Assembly: GCA_963668315.1 (NCBI GenBank)
Contig: OY764216.1
Coordinates: 4,896,001 to 4,960,000, forward strand
DNA: 64,000 nt
Reading direction: 5' to 3'
Source of the DNA: Spirochaetia bacterium
GTDB taxonomy: Bacteria > Spirochaetota > Spirochaetia > DSM-2461
The notes beneath the pieces were generated by a model. That model saw nothing but the letters and a program-made list of their open reading frames with translations, ran no database searches and was not told the DNA's origin. This document shows, in pieces, positions 57,033 to 64,000 of this stretch. The number at the start of each line of letters is the position of its first letter. Position 1 is the first letter of the stretch. The translations under genes were made by a program, and so were the position numbers.

Positions 57033-58391
57033 TTGGCAATACAGAAAAACGTCCTGGAAACCATACGGATGATTGAAAAGGAAAAACTCGATATAAGAAC
57101 CACCACCATGGGAATTTCCCTGATGGACTGTATCGATGGGAATGGGGAGAAGTCCCGACAGAAAATATATGACAAGATAACCCGTTACGCCGAAAATCTT
57201 GTCGCCGTGGGAAATCAGATCGAAACGGAATACGGTATCCCGATCATTAATAAACGGATTTCCGTAACCCCCATCTCCCTCATTGCTTCGGCCAGCGGAG
57301 ATAAGGATTATGTGGCATACGCCAAAACTCTGGACAAGGCCGCCCGGGAAGTGGGAGTCAACTTCATCGGGGGATTTTCGGCTCTGGTGCAGAAGGGCTT
57401 TTCCCAGGGGGATCGGATTCTCATTGACTCCATTCCCGAGGCCTTGTGTGAAACGGAGAGGGTCTGTTCGTCGGTGAACCTGGGAAGCACCAAGGCCGGC
57501 ATCAATCTGGATGCGGTCAAGCTGATGGGTAAAATCATCAAGGACACGGCTTACCTTACCCGGGACCGGGATTCCATCGGCTGCGCCAAACTGGTTGTCT
57601 TCGCCAATGCCGTGGACGACAATCCCTTTATGGCCGGCGCTTTCCACGGTGTGGGAGAGCCGGAAGCGGTCATCAATGTGGGTGTCAGCGGCCCGGGAAC
57701 GGTGAAACGGGCCATGGAAAAGGTCAAGGGCGAGCCCATTCAGGTCGTCACGGAAAATATCAAGAAAACCGCCTTCAAAATCACCCGGGCCGGTCAGCTT
57801 GTGGGAAACGAAGTCTCCCGCCGGCTGGGTGTTCCCTTCGGAATCCTCGACCTCTCCCTGGCCCCGACCCCGGAGATCGGCGACAGTGTGGCTCGTATTC
57901 TGGAGGAATTCGGCCTGGAAGCGACGGGAGCCCACGGAACCACGGCGGCTTTGGCCATGCTGAACGACGCAGTAAAGAAGGGGGGCATCATGGCCTCATC
58001 CTCGGTGGGCGGTTTAAGCGGCGCCTTCATACCGGTCAGCGAAGACGAAGGAATGATCCAGGCCGTACAGAACGGGGCGCTCACCATAGACAAGCTCGAG
58101 GCGATGACCTGCGTCTGCTCGGTGGGCCTGGATATGATCGCCATTCCCGGAGACACCCCGGAGACAACCATTTCCGGTATGATCGCCGACGAAGCCGCTA
58201 TCGGAGTCATCAATAACAAGACGACAGCCGTGCGGGTTATTCCGGTACACGGAAAAGACGTGGGCGATACCGTTGAGTTCGGCGGCCTTCTGGGATACGC
58301 ACCGATTCTTCCGGTGAGCAAGTTCAGTTCTTCCGATTTTATCAGCCGGGGAGGCCATATCCCGGCGCCGATTCACAGTTTTAAGAATTAG
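57033..58391 (+). CDS. PFL-like protein UPF0210 (DUF711)
   Basis: 'LDIRT.TMGISL.DC', 'NKRISVTP', '[11 protein letters not shown]', '[16 protein letters not shown]' and 'PAPIHSFKN' motifs. Confidence 0.92.
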   Translation: MAIQKNVLETIRMIEKEKLDIRTTTMGISLMDCIDGNGEKSRQKIYDKITRYAENLVAVGNQIETEYGIPIINKRISVTPISLIASASGDKDYVAYAKTLDKAAREVGVNFIGGFSALVQKGFSQGDRILIDSIPEALCETERVCSSVNLGSTKAGINLDAVKLMGKIIKDTAYLTRDRDSIGCAKLVVFANAVDDNPFMAGAFHGVGEPEAVINVGVSGPGTVKRAMEKVKGEPIQVVTENIKKTAFKITRAGQLVGNEVSRRLGVPFGILDLSLAPTPEIGDSVARILEEFGLEATGAHGTTAALAMLNDAVKKGGIMASSSVGGLSGAFIPVSEDEGMIQAVQNGALTIDKLEAMTCVCSVGLDMIAIPGDTPETTISGMIADEAAIGVINNKTTAVRVIPVHGKDVGDTVEFGGLLGYAPILPVSKFSSSDFISRGGHIPAPIHSFKN

Positions 58392-58404
58392 ACCAGCCTC
58401 CTTA

Positions 58405-58449
58405 AGAGAAAGGACGGAAAGAATAAACCGTCTATTCCGTCCTTTCTCT
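58405..58449 (+). terminator. Long hairpin ending the fhs-ACT-DUF711 operon
   Basis: Perfect 15-bp stem AGAGAAAGGACGGAA / TTCCGTCCTTTCTCT. Confidence 0.7.
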
Positions 58450-58496
58450 ATTCACAAATAGTTCACAAAGTCCTGAATAGGCTTTAGAATACTTCC

Positions 58497-59597
58497 ATGC
58501 CGTCCACCCTGGATTCTTTCAGCATATTAAGCAGTTTCTTCATCGCCGCCGGAGGCTTTTTCTGCGTGATCTACTCCCTGCTTCAGACGGCGGCCAATAG
58601 GAAGCACGAGACGATATATTTCATGCACGCCGGATTTTTTCTGGCCATAGGAATAAGCATACTCAGCGACGCCGTCTCGCGGCCCGGAACGGCCTTCCTG
58701 GCTCCGGCCCTTCTTTATGTGAACTATCCCCTCGATTATCTCCTGCCCGTGATTCTCTACTTTTACATTCGCCTTCTCTTTGAGGAAATCCGATTGCAAA
58801 AGGTCCATCTCCTCCTGCTCCTTCCTGCCCTGTTGGTCGGGATGGCCTTCCTTCCCTACTACGTCCTGCCCGGGGATGTGAAACTTATGAATTATCCGCT
58901 GAATGATTCATCCTGGGTTCCGGTCAGTTTCATTGTCCGATACGTGGATTACGGGATTTTCATATGGATGTTCCTTTCTCTCCTTCTGACTCTCTACAGG
59001 ACTTACTTCTATCTTTTCAGCGGCATAAGACAGGTGAAGGGTATATTCATCTACCTCAGTCTGGGCGGTCTTCTGGCGGCCTCCCTCATCGTATCGAATT
59101 TTACAGAAAATAATGTACACTACCGGATCAATATGCTTTTCATGATCGCCCTCTTGCTCAGCCTGGCATTCATGACCGTGAGAAACCCGGATTTTTACCT
59201 GAAGATAAGAAGGAAGAGCAGTGAAATCCGCTACGCCCGTTCCCAGGTCCAGTCGCTTAACCTGGAAGGGATCATGGAGCGGATAGAAGACCTCATGAAG
59301 CTGGAGCATCTTTACCGCGACCCCGTCCTGACGGTGGAAATGCTAAGCTCACGGCTGGGCATAAGCAGGCAGCAGCTTTCGGAAATCATCAATACCCGAT
59401 ACGATCAGAACTTTAAGACCTTCATCAACTCCTACCGGATCGCAGCAGCCATGGAGGAACTTACCGAAAACAGGGAGTCCACGGTCATAACCATTGCCAT
59501 GGACTGCGGGTTCAATTCCAAATCCACCTTCAATAAGGTTTTTCAGGAAACCACAGGAATGACTCCCACCCAGTGGAGAAAGAAAAAGGACGGGTAG
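58497..59597 (+). CDS. Membrane-embedded (multi-TM) AraC family regulator
   Basis: About 230 aa of hydrophobic helices, then 'LYRDP.LT...LS..LG', 'FINSYRI' and 'CGFNSKSTFNKVF...TGMTPTQWR'. Confidence 0.88.
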   Translation: MPSTLDSFSILSSFFIAAGGFFCVIYSLLQTAANRKHETIYFMHAGFFLAIGISILSDAVSRPGTAFLAPALLYVNYPLDYLLPVILYFYIRLLFEEIRLQKVHLLLLLPALLVGMAFLPYYVLPGDVKLMNYPLNDSSWVPVSFIVRYVDYGIFIWMFLSLLLTLYRTYFYLFSGIRQVKGIFIYLSLGGLLAASLIVSNFTENNVHYRINMLFMIALLLSLAFMTVRNPDFYLKIRRKSSEIRYARSQVQSLNLEGIMERIEDLMKLEHLYRDPVLTVEMLSSRLGISRQQLSEIINTRYDQNFKTFINSYRIAAAMEELTENRESTVITIAMDCGFNSKSTFNKVFQETTGMTPTQWRKKKDG

Positions 59598-59644
59598 GGA
59601 AAAGAGAGATCACGGGGAATTGTTCAGAGCAAAACTCCGCTCCC

Positions 59645-60135
59645 CTACTCGGTTACCATAAAGGCCTTGCTGCAGGAATACATTATTCCTGTAGCATCCG
59701 CGGCAATAAGGGTCAGAACGTGAATTCCCGGACACAGCCGGGAGGGAATCAGCTCATGGGAAACGGAAATACCATCCAGCACTTTTCCGTCCAGGTACCA
59801 GTGATAAACGGTATAATCCTCGGGGTGGGATATACCGAAATTGACGCTTGGGACATCAACATCAATCGTGTCAGGTCCCACGATGGCCAACCTGTCTACA
59901 CCTTCAGGATTCATGGTTATATCGATGGCCCGATCCGCCGTCCATTCGGCATCAAGAGTTATATTATCCTCCGTCATAACAATAATATCTCCTTCAGAAA
60001 AGACTTAACCCTGACCGTCGGTAGAATTATGTTCATTATGAAAAGAGAAGAGTATCCGGTCGTCCGAAATGAGCATTTGAGACTGTTTTTGGTGAGATTT
60101 ACCTGTATTATCGGATAGAAACGGTTATATCCGGT
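59645..60135 (-). pseudogene. Remnant of a surface protein: decayed InlB B-repeat (Flg_new-like) plus C-terminal Ig-like domain
   Basis: In frame with ORF 59645-59977 the upstream sequence reads NSTDGQG*VFSEGDIIVMTEDNITLDAEW (TAA at 60005-60007). Further upstream are frameshifted 'ITV/LSDNTG/NLTKN' and 'TGYS' pieces. The C-terminus 'YHWYLDG...GIHVLTL...YS' looks Ig-like. Confidence 0.55.
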
Positions 60136-60147
60136 TCGGGATGTGTT

Positions 60148-60699
60148 CTATTTCTCGAATCGGCTCAGGATTTTCTCACACTCAGAAAGCCACCTTATAT
60201 AGGATTCCTCCCGCATGACAGCTCCTTTAAGAACCAGATAGTCACCCAGGGATTCGTCAAAATGCTTACCGATCTGCGGATCTTCCTTTTGTTTCGCATC
60301 AAGCATGGACGTAAGCTTTTTCATCTTGAGCTCTCGTCTGCTCAGCTGTTCTCTTAATAGAAAAAGGGATTCGTTCTCCCCTATTATTTCCGAAAAGAAC
60401 AATTGCAGCCGAAAAGTATCTTTGGGGGTAGGCTCCAGCTCAAAAGGAGTGGAAAGCCATTTTACCAGTTCTTCCTCCCCCTCCTCGGTCAGCCGGTAGA
60501 ATTTCTTCTTAAGCATGGTGCCCTTGGTATCGGTCTCATAGGTGATAAGACCTTCTCCATGAAGTTTTTTTAATGCCGGATAGATCTGCCCGTGTGTGGA
60601 GTACCAGAAATTATTCACGGTCTTGCTGAATTTTTGAGAAATATCATAACCGGTGAGGGGCTCCCTACTGAGTAATCCCAGAATGGCATATTTAAGCAT
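60148..60699 (-). CDS. PadR family transcriptional regulator (long subfamily with C-terminal domain)
   Basis: 'LKYAILGLL..EPLTGYDI...F......FW...HGQIYPALKKL' and 'KKFYRLTEEG..EL..WL' motifs. Confidence 0.92.
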   Translation of the reverse strand: MLKYAILGLLSREPLTGYDISQKFSKTVNNFWYSTHGQIYPALKKLHGEGLITYETDTKGTMLKKKFYRLTEEGEEELVKWLSTPFELEPTPKDTFRLQLFFSEIIGENESLFLLREQLSRRELKMKKLTSMLDAKQKEDPQIGKHFDESLGDYLVLKGAVMREESYIRWLSECEKILSRFEK

Positions 60700-60769
60700 T
60701 TATCCTTCCTTATGGTTTCAATAGTATCTTCTATTTGATTTTTTGTCTTTAGAACGATAATAAATATTT

Positions 60770-60802
60770 ATGTTGACATCAACATGTTTGTGATTATATA
60801 CT
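60770..60802 (+). promoter_or_regulatory. Promoter of the enoate reductase with a PadR-type operator over the -35 box
   Basis: ATGTTGA-CA-TCAACAT at 60770-60785 (ATGT-N8-ACAT) contains TTGACA at 60773-60778. TATACT at 60797-60802. Confidence 0.72.
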
Positions 60803-60839
60803 ATTTTTATCGAATAAGTTTTTATGAGAAGGAATTGAG

Positions 60840-62837
60840 ATGAAAAACAAGTATGCCAAACTCCTTTCCCCCATCAAAATCGGAAAACTGGAAATACGGA
60901 ATCGTTTCGCCATGGCCCCCATGGGCCCCCTTGGCCTGGCCGATTCCGAAGGCGGTTTTAACCAGCGGGGAATCGATTACTACACGGAAAGAGCCAAGGG
61001 AGGCACCGGCCTCATCATTACCGGAGTGACTTTTGTCGATAATGTCATTGAAGAGCACGGCATGCCAAACTGCCCCTGCTCCACCCATAATCCGGTACAG
61101 TTTGTCCGGACGGGTCGGGAAATGACGGAACGGATCCACGCCTATAATTCCAAGGTATTCCTTCAGATGTCCGGCGGTTTCGGAAGAGTGACCATCCCCA
61201 CCAACCTGGGAGAATTCCCCCCCGTAGCCCCCTCCCCCATTCAGCACCGCTGGCTGGACAAGACCTGCCGGGAACTCTCGATAGAAGAGATCAGAACCAT
61301 CGTGAAGCAGTTCGGAGAAGGCGCCTTCAATGCCAAACGCGCCGGATTTGACGGTGTTCAGATCCATGCGGTTCATGAAGGATACCTCATCGACCAGTTC
61401 GCCATTTCCCTGTTCAACCATAGAACCGACGAGTACGGCGGCTCTCTGGAAAACAGACTCCGATTCGCCCGGGAAATATGCGAAGAGATAAAAAAACGCT
61501 GCGGAGAAGATTTTCCCGTCACTCTCCGGTACAGTCCCAAGAGCTTCATCAAAGGCTTGAGAGACGGCGCCCTTCCCGGTGAAGAATTTGTAGAGATGGG
61601 CCGCGATATGCCCGAAGGTATCGAAGCGGCCAAGCTTCTGGTCGGCTATGGCTACGATGCCCTGGATGTGGATGTCGGCTCATACGATTCCTGGTGGTGG
61701 AGCCATCCGCCCATGTATCAGGAGAAAGGTCTTTACATGCCCTTCGCCAAAGAGATGAAGAAGCATGTGGATGTCCCCATTATCTGCGCCGGAAGAATGG
61801 ATGACCCGGAACTGGCTCTCTCGGCTCTGGAAGACGATGTCTGCGATATGATCAGCATGGGCCGTCCCCTCCTGGCTGACCCCGATTATGTCAATAAACT
61901 GAAAGCCGGAAAAACCGGAGAGATCAGACCCTGCATCTCCTGTCAGGAAGGCTGCATGGGCCGCATCCAGGAATACTCCATGATCAACTGCGCGGTCAAT
62001 CCCCAGGCGGGAAAAGAGAGAAGCAATGCCCTTCGTCCCGCCTGTTCCTCCAAAAAAGTTCTCATCATCGGAGGCGGTGTGGCCGGCTGCGAAGCGGCCC
62101 GCGTTCTGGCTCTGAGAGGTCATAAGCCGGAGCTTTTCGAAATGACCGGATCTCTGGGCGGAAATCTGAGAGCCGGAGGAGTCCCCGATTTCAAGGAAGA
62201 CGATATCCTCCTGGCCGACTGGTATACAAGGCAGCTCGAACAATTGGGCGTTGAGGTGCACCTCAACACGGAATATACTCCCGATACCGCCGACTATCAT
62301 GCCTACGATGCCGTGATCGTGGCGACAGGAACGGATCCCCGGATCATTCCCTTCGAGGATAAGGACAATGTTCATGCGGCTACGGACGTTCTGCTTGAAA
62401 AAGTACCCGCCGGGGACAATGTGGTGATTATCGGAGGGGGACTCGTAGGCTGCGAGACCGCTCTGTGGCTCAAGGAAAAGGGGAAAAACGTCACTATAGT
62501 CGAGATACAGGATAAGCTTCTTGCCCTGAACGGCCCCCTCTGCCATGCCAACAGCGAAATGCTGGAACGGCTGATCCCCTTCAAGGGTGTGGATATCATG
62601 ACCGAAGCCAGGGCGGAATCCTTTGCGAAGGGAAAACTGACCGTATCCGGGAAAGCGGGACAGGAGACGCTGGCCTGCGACACCCTGGTTATGGCCATCG
62701 GGTATGTTCCCAAAGCCGGTCTGTTCAATGAGATTGATGAGCAGCACCCCGAGGCTTACCTCTTGGGCGATGCCCGCCGGGTTTCCAATATCATGTATGC
62801 CATCTGGGATGCTTTTGAAGTAGCCAGTCATATCTGA
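60840..62837 (+). CDS. NADH:flavin oxidoreductase, 2-enoate reductase-like (OYE barrel + 4Fe-4S + FAD domains)
   Basis: 'RNRFAMAPMG', 'HAVHEGYLIDQF', 'RTDEYGGSLENR.RF', 'CISCQEGC...C.VNP', 'GGGVAG' and 'GGGLVGCE' motifs. Confidence 0.9.
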   Translation: MKNKYAKLLSPIKIGKLEIRNRFAMAPMGPLGLADSEGGFNQRGIDYYTERAKGGTGLIITGVTFVDNVIEEHGMPNCPCSTHNPVQFVRTGREMTERIHAYNSKVFLQMSGGFGRVTIPTNLGEFPPVAPSPIQHRWLDKTCRELSIEEIRTIVKQFGEGAFNAKRAGFDGVQIHAVHEGYLIDQFAISLFNHRTDEYGGSLENRLRFAREICEEIKKRCGEDFPVTLRYSPKSFIKGLRDGALPGEEFVEMGRDMPEGIEAAKLLVGYGYDALDVDVGSYDSWWWSHPPMYQEKGLYMPFAKEMKKHVDVPIICAGRMDDPELALSALEDDVCDMISMGRPLLADPDYVNKLKAGKTGEIRPCISCQEGCMGRIQEYSMINCAVNPQAGKERSNALRPACSSKKVLIIGGGVAGCEAARVLALRGHKPELFEMTGSLGGNLRAGGVPDFKEDDILLADWYTRQLEQLGVEVHLNTEYTPDTADYHAYDAVIVATGTDPRIIPFEDKDNVHAATDVLLEKVPAGDNVVIIGGGLVGCETALWLKEKGKNVTIVEIQDKLLALNGPLCHANSEMLERLIPFKGVDIMTEARAESFAKGKLTVSGKAGQETLACDTLVMAIGYVPKAGLFNEIDEQHPEAYLLGDARRVSNIMYAIWDAFEVASHI

Positions 62838-62851
62838 TCAACATGCAACAG

Positions 62852-62882
62852 AGCCTGGGGATGCCTTCTCCAGGCTTTTTTT
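62852..62882 (+). terminator. Rho-independent terminator
   Basis: AGCCTGGGGA-TGCCT-TCTCCAGGCT followed by a T run. Confidence 0.8.
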
Positions 62883-62899
62883 ATTTAAGGAGAGAGAAT

Positions 62900-63415
62900 A
62901 TGGATATTTCCACCGCGAGGGACCTAAGCTTATATAATTACCGGGTCAATGACGCCGTCAATGATTTCCTGACTGAACTGACGGAAGAACAGTGGACCAC
63001 CGATTTCGGCGGCGTCTACAGATCCATTAAGGAAATCTGTACCCACCTTGCCGTCACCGATCACGCCTGGTTAAAACGTCTTTTGACTCTTAAATCTTTC
63101 AGCTATTCCTCATTTCCGGTGATGGCACTGGATAGGGATAAGCTGAAATCGGAAAGTACTCTTGCTTCACAATATATCAAAATACGTCGGCAGCTGGACG
63201 CCTGCTTCCTTAATTTGAGTGAAGAGCTGGCCGATCCGGATCTTTCATCAGATCTTACCTTCAAACGGCTTAACGGAGAAATGATGGCCAAACCGGTTGA
63301 TAAGATTCTCCTCCATCTGAGTCATCACCAGACCCATCACAGAGGAATGATAGCCCTCTATCTTGATATGCTGGGAATTGACAACGATTTCAGCAATCTT
63401 CTGAATCAGATCTGA
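62900..63415 (+). CDS. DinB family protein
   Basis: 'YN...N', 'SI.....HL...D..WL.R' and 'HL.HHQTHHRG' motifs. AAGGAG SD before ATG 62900. Confidence 0.88.
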   Translation: MDISTARDLSLYNYRVNDAVNDFLTELTEEQWTTDFGGVYRSIKEICTHLAVTDHAWLKRLLTLKSFSYSSFPVMALDRDKLKSESTLASQYIKIRRQLDACFLNLSEELADPDLSSDLTFKRLNGEMMAKPVDKILLHLSHHQTHHRGMIALYLDMLGIDNDFSNLLNQI

Positions 63416-63464
63416 ACCGGCAGGGATGATTAACGGGAAAGAGGGGGGGGCCTCTCCCGTATAG

Positions 63465-63498
63465 AAAAAGGACAGCCTCCTTATATAGAAAGCTGTCC
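63465..63498 (-). terminator. Terminator of the enolase-superfamily gene
   Basis: GGACAGC-N15-GCTGTCC with an adjacent A5. Confidence 0.55.
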
Positions 63499-63521
63499 CG
63501 GGAAATATAAATGGCTAAAAC

Positions 63522-64000
63522 TTATTTAAAGGTGTAGACATTAACCGCTTCGGCCATGGCCTTCTCACTCAGCTCCTGGCCGATACCGGGTAGATCGGGC
63601 AGCTCATAGGAGCCGTTGACCGGCATATGATCGTATTTACCGAGATCACGCATATCCTTCTTGATAGCGCCTTCGTGAATCTCATGGATCAGGAAGTTGG
63701 GGATAACGGCTTCCACCTGAAGGGAAGCGGCCGTAGCAATGGGGCCGCCGCAGATATGGAGCTGCACGGCCGCGTCATAGATATTGGCCATATCGCAGAT
63801 TTTCTTGGTTTCGGAAATTCCGCCGGTCAGGCAGAGGTCGGGCTGAATGACCTGGATGGCTCTCTGCTCCAGGAACTCCCGGAAACCCCATCTGGTATAG
63901 ATCCTCTCACCGCTGGCGATGGGAATATTCACTTTTTCATAGATCTCTCTCATGGATACGGCGTTAAGGGGATGGACCGGTTCCTCATAGTACATGATAT
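63522..64000 (-). CDS. Mandelate racemase/muconate-lactonising family acid-sugar dehydratase (galactonate dehydratase-like), C-terminal part; starts beyond the window
   Basis: 'YEEP', 'PIASGERIYTRWGF', 'IQPDL...GGISE.KKI', 'PNFLIHE' and 'PGIG.EL' motifs. Confidence 0.85.
   Translation of the reverse strand, partial: IMYYEEPVHPLNAVSMREIYEKVNIPIASGERIYTRWGFREFLEQRAIQVIQPDLCLTGGISETKKICDMANIYDAAVQLHICGGPIATAASLQVEAVIPNFLIHEIHEGAIKKDMRDLGKYDHMPVNGSYELPDLPGIGQELSEKAMAEAVNVYTFK

Noticed and set aside
1..64000. CRISPR arrays, tRNA/rRNA genes, transposases, integrases, phage or defence genes
   Set aside because: No regularly spaced repeats, RNA-gene signatures or such protein motifs were seen, and the intergenic gaps are short and mostly explained.

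Overview
A 64-kb bacterial chromosomal window with moderate GC coding regions and AT-rich intergenic promoters. It most likely comes from a free-living anaerobic spirochaete, inferred from the 'A-x-G-x-x-[DE]' N-termini of the solute-binding proteins, the eukaryote-like Fhs and a decayed InlB-B-repeat surface protein. It holds about 52 protein genes and at least three decayed or frameshifted genes. I found no rRNA, tRNA, CRISPR array, IS element or prophage. Content is mostly accessory catabolism. There are three sugar ABC clusters: one with GH29 plus a PLP C-S lyase, one with GH43 plus an unclassified six-hairpin glycosidase, and one with a Gfo/Idh/MocA oxidoreductase plus a TIM-barrel enzyme. 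Also present are a GH4/LacI pair, GH115, a RimB-like protease/RimK-RCK_C/AlkD operon, an MFS-HEAT fusion, fhs-ACT-DUF711 and a PadR-controlled enoate reductase. The most striking element is at 31.3-39.5 kb: three lipoprotein FAD reductases carrying flavinylation (FMN-binding) domains. Two of them are tandem paralogs with a non-canonical active site. The cluster's two promoters share an operator motif, and a TetR and a small NapH-like membrane Fe-S protein lie downstream. One paralog is frameshifted by a single extra A in an A8 tract inside its signal-peptide coding sequence. Several operators (TetR, GntR, LacI, PadR, ROK) and two apparently leaderless genes can be read directly from the sequence. 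All functional calls come from motif recognition by eye, without database searches.
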